A DNA stretch of 32,688 bases, taken from contig CAUJEF010000054.1 in assembly GCA_963169515.1 (NCBI GenBank), positions 1-32,688 on the forward strand, in the 5' to 3' direction. The stretch's first letter is position 1, and every line of letters starts with the position of its first letter. Below, piece by piece: positions 19,072 through 28,309 of this stretch. The stretch is from Bdellovibrionota bacterium. Its GTDB lineage: Bacteria; Bdellovibrionota; Bdellovibrionia; Bdellovibrionales; JAEYZS01. The notes below the pieces were generated by a model. That model ran no database searches, had not been told where the DNA came from, and was given only the letters and a program-made list of their open reading frames with translations. The translations under genes and the position numbers were made by a program.

Positions 19072-19526
19072 AGATCATTTAAGACCTCTTCTACGTGACC
19101 GTCAACCTTCACCTTGGGATAAATCTTTTTAATTTTTCCTTCGGCATCAATTAAAAATGTCGTACGAACAATTCCCATATACTTCCTGCCGTACATATTT
19201 TTTTCTTTCCAAACGCCATAGGCTTGCGCGACCTTAGCACCCTCGTCCGCTAATAATGAAAAATTAAGATCGTACTTCTTGGTAAATTTTTGGTGCATTT
19301 CAACTGAATCCGGTGAAACTCCCAAAATGACTGCCTTTTTCTTTTTTAGCCTTGAAATGGAGTCACGAAAATCACAGGCTTCTTGCGTGCACCCCGGGGT
19401 CATGTCTTTCGGATAAAAATAAAGAACAACGGGCCTGCCCTTAAAGTCTTCCAAGGTTACCGTCTCTCCTGACGTTGTTTTCAGCTTGAAGTCTGGAGCT
19501 TTATTTCCTTCGGTTAGGCCTGCCAT
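19068..19526 (-). CDS. bcp: Thioredoxin-dependent thiol peroxidase (BCP/PrxQ)
   Basis: VVLYFYPKDMTPGCTQEACDFRD, GIVRTTFLID. Confidence 0.95.
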   Translation of the reverse strand: MAGLTEGNKAPDFKLKTTSGETVTLEDFKGRPVVLYFYPKDMTPGCTQEACDFRDSISRLKKKKAVILGVSPDSVEMHQKFTKKYDLNFSLLADEGAKVAQAYGVWKEKNMYGRKYMGIVRTTFLIDAEGKIKKIYPKVKVDGHVEEVLNDL

Positions 19527-19528
19527 AA

Positions 19529-21598
19529 TTAGGTTCTCCTTTTTGCAAGTTCCATTAATTGCTCTTGGGAGCCGAGACCAACCGCGACATCAGTTGTGCG
19601 CAACGTATAGGTTCCGTCTGCATTCATTTCCCAAGCAGAGGCACGATCATTTAACATTATCATCAGGGTCTCCCATATACTGACTTTGTGGGCCTGGCTT
19701 TCTATCGGAACCGCGACTTCAACCCTACTCGACAGGTTTCGGCGTAGCCAATCGGCAGATCCAATAAAGAATTGCCCATCAAGCACATTGTCTTTTCCAT
19801 TTCTAAAATAAAATACTCGCGAATGCTCTAAAAACTGCCCTAATATAGAAACTACCGAAATATTCTCGCTTAAGCCGGGAACCCTGGGGCGAAGGCGACA
19901 AAACCCACGAACGATTAGCTTGATACTCACCCCTGCTTGAGACGCTGCGTAGAGCGCTTCAATGATATCGTCTTCACCCAAAGAATTAATTTTTGCAATT
20001 ATTTCTGCCGGTCGACCATCTTTTGCATGCGCTATCTCTGTATTAATCAACTCAAGAATTCGAGCTTTTAAATTAATCGGCGCAACCAATAATTTTTTAT
20101 AATCAGATTTCAAAGATCGACCAGTTAAGTAATGAAAAAGCTCAATTAGTTCTGTCGTAATTTCATTGTTTGAAGTTAACAATCCAAAATCTGTATAAAG
20201 CCGTGATGTAATTGCATGATAGTTGCCTGTTCCAATGTGAGCATAGGATTTGAATTCTTGTCCTTCATGTCGAATGACAAGGGCTACTTTTGCGTGGGTC
20301 TTTAGCCCGACAATACCGTACACGACGTGCACACCTGCATCTTCCATTGCCTGAGCCCAATAAATATTCTTTTCTTCATCAAGGCGCGCCTTTAGCTCAA
20401 CCAAACAAACAATATGTTTTCCGCTCTCCGCAGCTCGAATTAGTGCCTTAACAATATTGCTATCGCTATTCGTCCTGTATAAAACCATTTTAATTGCAAT
20501 GACCGCAGGGTCCACGGCTGCCGTTTGAATGAAACGCTCTACACTGACCGCAAATGACTCATACGGGTGCTGTACTAGGATGTCTTGGCCTTTTATTGCA
20601 TTAAATATGCTGTTGCTTTCGTCAACCAGTGCTGTGGGGACAATGGGCGTCCACGTCGGATATTTTAAGTTTGGTTTATTAAGTTTTGTCAGCACAGATA
20701 TGTCATGCATTTCCAGGTTGTTGGGGTATTCGTAAATATCTTCGCTTTTGACCTCAAGCTCTTCTTTAAGAAATTCCAAAAGCCATGGGTCTGGATTTGG
20801 GTCATGCTCTAAACGTACAACGTCTGCAAATTTTCTTTGCTTTACCTCTTCAACTATCGCTTCCATTAAATCTTCGATATCGTCATAGTCATCGTTTGCA
20901 ATGTCGATATTCCTAGTCACCCGAAAGGTTAGTGTGTTTTGAATTTCCATATTTGGAAATAACAATGGTAGGTTTTGGTAAACCACGTCTGCCAAGCTGA
21001 TGTATTTTTGTTCTTTTGAATCCGGCCTATCTTCAATCAAAATCCACGTTGGAAAAACCTTTGGTATTTTAATGCGAGCAAAAAGAAGGTCCTCTTGTTT
21101 TGGGTGTTTTAATGAGACCGCCAGCGACAATGAAAGATTTGAAATTAAGGGGAATGGATGTCCCTGGTCAACCGCCATGGGCGTCAGAACTGGGAAAAGT
21201 TTGGATCTAAAAAACTCATTCACCCATTTTTTTTCCGATTCATTAATCGTATTGTAGGTTAGCAGGTAAACACCTTCCGCCTCTAGTGCGGGTACCAAAG
21301 CTTGGGTGATAAAGGCGTTCGCATCTCGATTCAATTCTAAAACATTTTGGCGGATCAGTTTGAGCTGTTCTTCGGCTGTCATGCCCTCACTTGCATAGTT
21401 TGAAAATTTAGACAAATGCTGACGCTTCAATCCCCCCACACGCTTCATGAAAAATTCGTCCATATTAGAATGAAATATATTTAAAAAATTGACCCGCTCC
21501 AGTAGGGGGATACGTTCGGATTTTGCGAGATTCAAAACCCTTTTGTTGAATTGGAGCCAGCCCAACTCCCGATTAAGATAACGTGCTTCATTGATCAT
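19529..21598 (-). CDS. ppk1: Polyphosphate kinase 1
   Basis: NRELGWLQFN.RVL, DEFFMKRV, HPFPLISN, HPYESF, ELKARLDE, KTHAK, HIGTGNY, FLEHSR, GSADW. Confidence 0.96.
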   Translation of the reverse strand: MINEARYLNRELGWLQFNKRVLNLAKSERIPLLERVNFLNIFHSNMDEFFMKRVGGLKRQHLSKFSNYASEGMTAEEQLKLIRQNVLELNRDANAFITQALVPALEAEGVYLLTYNTINESEKKWVNEFFRSKLFPVLTPMAVDQGHPFPLISNLSLSLAVSLKHPKQEDLLFARIKIPKVFPTWILIEDRPDSKEQKYISLADVVYQNLPLLFPNMEIQNTLTFRVTRNIDIANDDYDDIEDLMEAIVEEVKQRKFADVVRLEHDPNPDPWLLEFLKEELEVKSEDIYEYPNNLEMHDISVLTKLNKPNLKYPTWTPIVPTALVDESNSIFNAIKGQDILVQHPYESFAVSVERFIQTAAVDPAVIAIKMVLYRTNSDSNIVKALIRAAESGKHIVCLVELKARLDEEKNIYWAQAMEDAGVHVVYGIVGLKTHAKVALVIRHEGQEFKSYAHIGTGNYHAITSRLYTDFGLLTSNNEITTELIELFHYLTGRSLKSDYKKLLVAPINLKARILELINTEIAHAKDGRPAEIIAKINSLGEDDIIEALYAASQAGVSIKLIVRGFCRLRPRVPGLSENISVVSILGQFLEHSRVFYFRNGKDNVLDGQFFIGSADWLRRNLSSRVEVAVPIESQAHKVSIWETLMIMLNDRASAWEMNADGTYTLRTTDVAVGLGSQEQLMELAKRRT

Positions 21599-21808
21599 GG
21601 ATGGCACAATATACACAAAAAAATATGAAATAACAGTGGGGTTTTAAAGGTCTAAAAAAATCAATAAAAACAAATATTTATTGCCAATCATTTGACGCCA
21701 GACAACCTGCCCCAATGAACTAACAATTTGTGGCACTTCGACAGTTTTTTACAACTTAGATGTAATTAAATGGGCTTTGATGCTCCCCACTTTTGCACTC
21801 CATATACA

Positions 21809-22645
21809 ATGATGACTAAACTTAATTTATTTGTTTTTATCTTAATTATATCCTGCTCAGCGAACGCCGTCCCCTTGCCCAAATATTTTCGTGAAGACGT
21901 TGGTGCGAGCAAGCCGTTATATGTCGGCTATTTGGACTCACGAGTTACTTTAATCTCGAAAATTAAACCTGATGAATTGAATTCATTATTTTCAAGTGCA
22001 GACGAAGTGGATATTTCCAACGCAGAGTATCCGGGCATAAAGTTGAAATATTCAGGGATAAGTGGAAAACGCTTTTTTAAAAAATTATTTAATATAGACT
22101 TGGATAATGAGAAATCCAAAATACGTATTTATGGAAATAGACTATCATCTCAAATGGACGAGGTTCACTTTAGAAACAAAAAGCTCTATATCATAATAAG
22201 CTGCTGGGATGGTTATTCCCCAGTCCTTCCGTTATCAGCTTTTTTAAAAAATGATGAGGGAGACGGCAATGACGCTCTCTTTGCTACCCGAGATAAAAGC
22301 TGGCCTAAAAAATATCCACGATCAGCAGATTCCAGATGGACCATGATACCAGACAGGAGCGGCGGCTTTTTTAAATCACCAGGCCCTTTGTATTTGGTTT
22401 GGAAAAATGAACGAGATTATCTGAAAAGCGCATGGCCTTATCAAATAACAGGTATTTTTATAGCGCCAGAATACGCGATTTCCACTGCTATACGTAAAAT
22501 CTCTAGGGCTGGATGCAAAGGTGCTTTCAATAGTGAAATAGATGAAAAATATATTTTCGATCTCTTGGGTAATCCCCCTGGGGCCAACTATACAACATTT
22601 CCCCACAAGCCAGGCGAACCGCTTGCAGTGCCCTGCCCAGAATAA
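21809..22645 (+). CDS. Exported hypothetical protein, possibly molybdopterin-oxidoreductase-like fold
   Basis: Signal-like MTKLNLFVFILIISCSANA; motifs CWDGY.P, PGPLYLVW and WPYQITGI. Confidence 0.6.
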   Translation: MMTKLNLFVFILIISCSANAVPLPKYFREDVGASKPLYVGYLDSRVTLISKIKPDELNSLFSSADEVDISNAEYPGIKLKYSGISGKRFFKKLFNIDLDNEKSKIRIYGNRLSSQMDEVHFRNKKLYIIISCWDGYSPVLPLSAFLKNDEGDGNDALFATRDKSWPKKYPRSADSRWTMIPDRSGGFFKSPGPLYLVWKNERDYLKSAWPYQITGIFIAPEYAISTAIRKISRAGCKGAFNSEIDEKYIFDLLGNPPGANYTTFPHKPGEPLAVPCPE

Positions 22646-22655
22646 TGTTCTCATT

Positions 22656-24809
22656 TCAAATATTACAAACCTTCCGCGAAGAAACTTCTGCTGGATTATC
22701 TGTGCGTATCTTATTGCAGAGACCGTTAGTAATAAGATCCATGTCTTGTGCGTTAACACGTCCAAAATCAACGCTGATCACAAGGGTCCGCGATGGAAGA
22801 ATCTTATTATTCGTTTCGGCAATGGTGTGGGTTCCAATAGTTTTCTTTTTATTAGAGTCTTCCAAAATTGCAATCACCTTATTTTTTAATTTCAAGTTAT
22901 CCAACATAAATCCGGCCATCGGGCCTTGTGCTTGAAGTTTTATACCTTTTAAAAACCCTGTGCCCAGAAGGCCTGGGATGTCGATTGCTTTTTTCGACTC
23001 GATGTTGATCGTTTCTCGAACAGCTTCGGTTACAGCAACTTCTGGCTTTTGCTTCGGAGGAAGTAGTTTTTCAACTCGCCCCCAAATAACCAATAAGCCG
23101 CCCGCCCGCATATAGCTCAACAGAGTTTGTTGGTCTTGAAGGTTCAGCGGAGCCACTATGCTATTGGCCGATATATGAACAACTTTCAGAGTACGCTTCA
23201 ACACTTGATCTGGGGACAATCCACGCGAAAGATTTAATGTTTTTAAGCCCAATTGGGTGACCTTTTCTTGATCAACGGGTGATAGTTCACCCATTGCTAT
23301 ATAAACGCCTTTAAATGCGGCCTCTTGTTCTAATGCCAGGATTTGCTTTTCGATTTCAACAATCCGAGAACGAAGTTCGGCAATTTCAATTCCCATCTTA
23401 TTTATAAGAGCTTGAAGATCGACATTGAGTTTTTCAAGTTTCACAATCAAATCTTTAGTGTCGTACAGCGATTGCAGATTGGCTTGTGCTGTATTCAATC
23501 GTACCGCAGAAGCATCCACCTTTGCCTGGGCAGCTACAAGCGGTCTGCGGACTTCTGCTAGCTGGGTCACAATGGGCGCTCGCTCTGCCATGAGTGCACT
23601 TTCTTCCCGACGCAGTTGGGAAATATAAATCTCGAGTTGTTGATTATTATCGTAAAGAACTGGCAATCGCGCAGAAAGCTGTCGATGTTCTGCCAGGTCG
23701 TTTTGAGCCTCGGCCAAATTTTCTGTCACATTATCAAGCTGCTGACGGATCCTTTCGACCGGAATCCATAAATCACGCTTGCGGCGCTCCAACTGCGAAA
23801 TTGTTGTTTCCATTTGGTCGCACTTAGTCTGTGCCAACGAAATCCCGCGAGACAATTCATCGCGACGCGCCTGTAGGCCTGGGATTTGAGCATTGCCTGT
23901 GTCTAGCTGTGACTGTAAACGCACAAGTTGATCATCGTTTGCAGAAATTCTACGCTGAAGGTCAAGCTTTTCACTTTGCTTCTGATTACGACGCATTTGC
24001 AGTTGCTGAATTACCACAGGATCTGTTGCTGCACTGATCTGAGCATCCAGTTGCGCAAGCTCGGCATCTATCGTTGGAATTTGACCTTTCAATTGGGTGT
24101 TGTGACGATCCAATTCGCGAATCTGGTTGGCAATCAGTCGAATATCGTTGATTTGGCGATCTATATCCGAAATCTCGCTACGCATCCGATCAATCTCGAA
24201 TTGCAAAGTTCGTCTTTGGTTGTCAAGCCTCATGATCTCTGAATCGATTTGTCTTTCCTGACTTTGAGCATCTTGTTCCAACCGTGCTAATTGTATTCGA
24301 AGTGATTGTTGATCGCGACGAAGTTGATCCACCCTGGTAAGCAACGATTGTTCCGAGCCCAACGCCGCTAAGCGATTTTTGATGTGGCTGATTTCAGAGT
24401 CGTTTTGAGAAACCTGACTTTCAGCCCGCGCAATGTTATCGCGCACATTTGAAATTTCAACATTAAGCCTATCAATTTTCGAAACAAGAGGAGCTTCTGC
24501 GGGTGCAATCTCTGCTGCGACACGGTCGCGCTCCGCCCTTAAAATTGCGAGTTCTTTTTTTGCGGATTCAACTTTTGAAATCAGAGTAGCTTCGGGTTCC
24601 ATCTGTTTAAGCGCTTTTCTCGCGTTGTCTAAATCGACCAAGTTTTGGCCGATTTTTTGATTCGAATCCGAAACGACGGTTTGACGCCGCAAAATTTCAG
24701 AGTTTAATGTGCGTATTGAATTTCGTGCTGCCTCTATGTCTTCTTCGAATGAACTCGCTTGCGCTAGACCCGCAATCAGAATAAGGCCCAACATTATAAC
24801 AATTCTCAT
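22656..24809 (-). CDS. Exported long coiled-coil protein with C-terminal globular domain
   Basis: ATG 24809 after GGGGGA; signal peptide MRIVIMLGLILIAGLAQA; roughly 470 aa of Q/E/L/R-rich heptads; alpha/beta C-terminus. Confidence 0.78.
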   Translation of the reverse strand: MRIVIMLGLILIAGLAQASSFEEDIEAARNSIRTLNSEILRRQTVVSDSNQKIGQNLVDLDNARKALKQMEPEATLISKVESAKKELAILRAERDRVAAEIAPAEAPLVSKIDRLNVEISNVRDNIARAESQVSQNDSEISHIKNRLAALGSEQSLLTRVDQLRRDQQSLRIQLARLEQDAQSQERQIDSEIMRLDNQRRTLQFEIDRMRSEISDIDRQINDIRLIANQIRELDRHNTQLKGQIPTIDAELAQLDAQISAATDPVVIQQLQMRRNQKQSEKLDLQRRISANDDQLVRLQSQLDTGNAQIPGLQARRDELSRGISLAQTKCDQMETTISQLERRKRDLWIPVERIRQQLDNVTENLAEAQNDLAEHRQLSARLPVLYDNNQQLEIYISQLRREESALMAERAPIVTQLAEVRRPLVAAQAKVDASAVRLNTAQANLQSLYDTKDLIVKLEKLNVDLQALINKMGIEIAELRSRIVEIEKQILALEQEAAFKGVYIAMGELSPVDQEKVTQLGLKTLNLSRGLSPDQVLKRTLKVVHISANSIVAPLNLQDQQTLLSYMRAGGLLVIWGRVEKLLPPKQKPEVAVTEAVRETINIESKKAIDIPGLLGTGFLKGIKLQAQGPMAGFMLDNLKLKNKVIAILEDSNKKKTIGTHTIAETNNKILPSRTLVISVDFGRVNAQDMDLITNGLCNKIRTDNPAEVSSRKVCNI

Positions 24810-24906
24810 TGTTCCCCCCAGTTTTGGTGTCAAACTGTCCACTCTATGGACACAACAGAGAATAACAGCAACATAAGTGCCAAGACATTTTGACACCAAA
24901 AACTAA

Positions 24907-25431
24907 TTACTCAGTGGTCCAGTTTATTTTACCAAGAAAGTCGCCTTTGCCGATTGTTACACCACTAACTCTCAAAATTGTGTAGGCGGTCGTTACATGG
25001 AAATAAAAGTTGGGGATCGCGTATTGGACCAGAAAACTTTTCCCGCCTAACTTCATGCCTGGCTTGTGTTTTGAAGCGTATATTGCCTTCTCGTAATCCT
25101 TAAACTGTTCAGGCTTAAATTTTTGTAAAAAAGTGATCGTCTTATCTATACGTTGTACAAATTGCTCATAGGTCTGCTCTGTATCTTCAAAAACAGGAAT
25201 ATCCTCATTGATCAGTCTTCCCACACAACCCTTTGCCGTATCGGTCGCTATTTGGATTTGGCGCGACAATGGAAACTGATCCGGTACTAACCGAGTCTGA
25301 AGCAGTACTGACATATCGATTTTTTTTGCCTCCGCAAATTCCTTCCCCTTGCGCAAAACGTCTTTCAACGCGGTAAGTGTAGTAATAAATTGTCCAACCG
25401 TAATGTCATAAACTGGAACCGATGTATTCAT
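24907..25431 (-). CDS. DUF1993 family protein (DinB-like helical bundle)
   Basis: RLVPDQFPLSRQIQIATD.AK, PNFYFHVTTAY.ILR..GV.IGK.DFLG; SD GGAG. Confidence 0.9.
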   Translation of the reverse strand: MNTSVPVYDITVGQFITTLTALKDVLRKGKEFAEAKKIDMSVLLQTRLVPDQFPLSRQIQIATDTAKGCVGRLINEDIPVFEDTEQTYEQFVQRIDKTITFLQKFKPEQFKDYEKAIYASKHKPGMKLGGKSFLVQYAIPNFYFHVTTAYTILRVSGVTIGKGDFLGKINWTTE

Positions 25432-25509
25432 TTGCTTCTCCTATTCCTATAAAGTGAAATATCTAATCTCATGGACATGAAGCGCGCAAGGCATGGCTCA
25501 GCACTCGGG

Positions 25510-25538
25510 TTGACGCGCAACGCCTCGGTCTTTTTAAT
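25510..25538 (+). promoter_or_regulatory. Putative sigma70 promoter of the hem operon
   Basis: TTGACG (25510-25515), 17-nt spacer, TTTAAT (25533-25538); both hexamers match consensus at 5 of 6 positions. Confidence 0.6.
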
Positions 25539-25553
25539 GACATTTCGGTGACA
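25538..25553 (+). promoter_or_regulatory. TGACA-N6-TGACA direct repeat; putative OmpR/PhoB-type operator (HemR-box-like)
   Basis: TGACAtttcggTGACA with 11-bp period, overlapping the last -10 base and predicted start site; operon encodes an OmpR-type regulator. Confidence 0.7.
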
Positions 25554-25613
25554 ATTATCAATAAACTTTCACTTAAAATAGCTATTCAAAATCGAGCTAA
25601 AAAGGACAGCAGT

Positions 25614-26762
25614 TTGAATTTGCTTCAATGGTCGTTCCATATCAGAGACATCGGCATCGCCGGCATGAATACACTTCATTTCGAAGACCCAATTTCCCAT
25701 CTCAAAAAATTAAAAATTGAACTGGGCGCGCACGAGGCTTGGTTCCTAGCAACCTGCAATCGCATAGAATACTTATTCATCCTGGATAAAACTTCAAAAG
25801 TAACCCACCCAACATTTACCAATTTGAAACCGAAGATTCGAATCCAACTGAACTCGATTGTGCAACATCTTCTGGAAGTCGGATGTGCTACGGATTCGCT
25901 CGTATTTGGGGAGAATCAGATCCTAGGACAATTAAAAAGATCCTATACCAGCTGTTTAGAAAGCAAACTTCTGGGGCCGAAACTCTCTAAGCTTTTTAAC
26001 TTAGTGTTGAAAGAGTCTAAATCTATTCGAGCAGAGACGGGATTAAATGCATTGAATACATCTGTTGCTGGAGTGGTGGCAAAACTACTGGCACAGGAGT
26101 TAGATTCAATGGATCCAATCTTACTTGTTGGAGCCGGTGAAACAAACCAACTCCTTGCCCAGGCAGCTGTTAAACGCGGGTTTAAAAATATATCATATAC
26201 AACCAGGTCAAATTTAAAAAAACTAGATGCTAAGCTTATACCGTGGCAGTCTTATTTGGATGCTGATCTGCCGCAATTCACCGCTGTAAGCTTTGCGACG
26301 CCATCAAAAACGATATTGCTCAACGAAGTACAAATGAAGAAAATGAAACCCAAATTTGTCCTAGACTTGTCTGTGCCACAAAATACAGATCCAAAGCTTG
26401 TTAAAAAATTTAAATGTAAACACATAGATATCGAAAACATTCAAGACAGTCTTTCCTTCGAAAAAGATCAAGTACGGGTTATGAAAAAGAGCGTTCAAAA
26501 TAAAATTAAAACTGCTCGGCAGAATATTTTAAACCAAATTTCAATTTTAGACATCAACGGCGTAATCGAAAAAAATATTCTATTGTCAAAAATGATTCAC
26601 GATACACTTATTTCGCAAGGCCTTCCCACTGCGTTTTCTAACCTGACAGAGGAGCAAAAAGAAGCCTTGTCCAAATGGTCTAAGTTGCTTTTGAACAAGA
26701 TTAACCACATTCATATTGAGTCTTTAAAAAACTATGCCCTCACTCAAAATCGGGACTCGTAA
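25614..26762 (+). CDS. hemA: Glutamyl-tRNA reductase, divergent
   Basis: Catalytic TCNRIE, DSLVFGENQILGQLK, LLVGAGE, LDLSVP; TTG 25614 preceded by AAAGGA. Confidence 0.88.
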   Translation: MNLLQWSFHIRDIGIAGMNTLHFEDPISHLKKLKIELGAHEAWFLATCNRIEYLFILDKTSKVTHPTFTNLKPKIRIQLNSIVQHLLEVGCATDSLVFGENQILGQLKRSYTSCLESKLLGPKLSKLFNLVLKESKSIRAETGLNALNTSVAGVVAKLLAQELDSMDPILLVGAGETNQLLAQAAVKRGFKNISYTTRSNLKKLDAKLIPWQSYLDADLPQFTAVSFATPSKTILLNEVQMKKMKPKFVLDLSVPQNTDPKLVKKFKCKHIDIENIQDSLSFEKDQVRVMKKSVQNKIKTARQNILNQISILDINGVIEKNILLSKMIHDTLISQGLPTAFSNLTEEQKEALSKWSKLLLNKINHIHIESLKNYALTQNRDS

Positions 26763-28296
26763 GAGCGAGCTCGCCCGTACGCAAACTCAAACTGTGCTCC
26801 ACGCCTTAGAAAAGGCAGGGTACTCTGCGCAAGAGCATTTTGTTGTCACAAAGGGTGATATCGATAAACGTCCACTCAGTCAAATTTCAGGGGATGGCTT
26901 TTTTACCAAAGAAATTGAAAAACACCTTCTTCTTAAACACATTCATATGGCCGTTCACTCTTCAAAAGATTTGCCCTCAATGACCCATAAATATCTACCC
27001 TGGGTGGCTTTTGGTGAACGTGAACAAAATATGGACGTTCTTATTAGAAAGAAAAATCAAGATGTGAAAACGATCGGAACCTCGTCCCCAAGAAGAACCT
27101 CACAACTGAAACAGCATTTTCCAAACTGCAAGATTGTCGACATAAGAGGGAATGTCCCCACCCGCATCGAAAAGGTTCGGGACGGAATAATCGATGCCAC
27201 CGTTCTTGCAAAAGCAGGCATCAATCGCTTAAAACTGGAAGATTTCATTTATGAACAGGGGCTTGAAATTGAAGAGCTTCCATTTACAACAGCTCCATGC
27301 CAAGGAATTCTAGGTGTTCAGGCGTATTTTGAGTACCAGCATATTCTTGAAAAGATAACAAATTTAGAGCTGACGAACATTGCTCATGCTGAAAAATCTA
27401 TCTTAGCTTTGTTGGGAGGGGGATGCCACCTGTCGGTTGGAGTGCACATCCAAAAGAAAGAGGAATTTCATCTTGATTTTTTTTATGATGACCAATCAAC
27501 GCTTCACAACCATCACCTACAGTCAAAGCGCTTGGGAGATCTTGTCCGCAGTGCCTATTCAAAAGTTTTTTCCGATAAAATTGGCAACCCGAAAGGACGT
27601 GTTTGGCTGACTCAGCCAATCCAACATCAACATAGCGTCGCAAAGAAACTAGCGGAAAAAAACTATCAGGCTATTTGTTGGCCCTTAATTGAAATTCAAA
27701 CCGTCTGGGATCCTCAGCAGCTTGACAAGCTCAACCTGAAAAAATACGAAGGCATTGTCTTTTCAAGCCAGTTTGCCGCTCAAATTTTTCTACTGGAATG
27801 GGCTTACCAATCAACAGATCGATTAGAAAAGTTGAAAAATATGCCGATCTTTTCCGTTGGAAAATCAACCTCAAAAATTTTACAAGAATTGACAGTTACT
27901 GAGGCACCAGAAGCGACGTCGAATTCATTGAGCAAAATCCTGCCCAAAACGAGAAAGCCATACTTGATCCCAGGCACTCCTATGACGCGTATGGCCAGCG
28001 AACTGGCAGAGCAAAAAATCCCTTTTGAAATTTTATCTTTATACGAATCCTTTCCATCAAAAAGTCCCCTTAGAACTGATATTCCGAATGTTCAAACCGG
28101 AGACAAAATTGTCCTAACAAGTCCTTCCGCCGTAGAGCAGTTTATTGTAGAGTGCAAGGCGAATGCGGCATTAGAATCTCTTCAAGTTTTTACAATTGGC
28201 CCGACAACAGCACGGGCCATTGAAAAACACGGAATCAAACACCAAATGTCACGCACCCCAGGCTCATGGGATAGATTGATTGAAGAACTAGAATAA
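26734..28296 (+). CDS. hemC: Hydroxymethylbilane synthase fused to a uroporphyrinogen-III synthase (HemD)-like domain
   Basis: IGTRKSELA, FTKEIE, VHSSKDLP, GTSSPRR, IRGNVPTR, LGGGC; C-terminal HemD-like PLIEI, FSS, VGKSTS, LTSPSAV, IGPTTA. Confidence 0.9.
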   Translation: MPSLKIGTRKSELARTQTQTVLHALEKAGYSAQEHFVVTKGDIDKRPLSQISGDGFFTKEIEKHLLLKHIHMAVHSSKDLPSMTHKYLPWVAFGEREQNMDVLIRKKNQDVKTIGTSSPRRTSQLKQHFPNCKIVDIRGNVPTRIEKVRDGIIDATVLAKAGINRLKLEDFIYEQGLEIEELPFTTAPCQGILGVQAYFEYQHILEKITNLELTNIAHAEKSILALLGGGCHLSVGVHIQKKEEFHLDFFYDDQSTLHNHHLQSKRLGDLVRSAYSKVFSDKIGNPKGRVWLTQPIQHQHSVAKKLAEKNYQAICWPLIEIQTVWDPQQLDKLNLKKYEGIVFSSQFAAQIFLLEWAYQSTDRLEKLKNMPIFSVGKSTSKILQELTVTEAPEATSNSLSKILPKTRKPYLIPGTPMTRMASELAEQKIPFEILSLYESFPSKSPLRTDIPNVQTGDKIVLTSPSAVEQFIVECKANAALESLQVFTIGPTTARAIEKHGIKHQMSRTPGSWDRLIEELE

Positions 28297-28309
28297 CGGA
28301 AGAAAAACG

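Noticed and set aside
21617..21800. Pho box or other operator upstream of ppk1 (e.g. TTACA-N7-TGTAA)
   Set aside because: No clean 11-bp-period repeat; the short palindrome could arise by chance.
22656..24899. SMC/Rad50 chromosome segregation ATPase
   Set aside because: It has a signal peptide and no Walker A/B or signature motifs.
25548..25613. Longer hemA N-terminus from GTG 25548
   Set aside because: This start lies within the predicted operator and start site and has no SD; TTG 25614 has a well-spaced AAAGGA.
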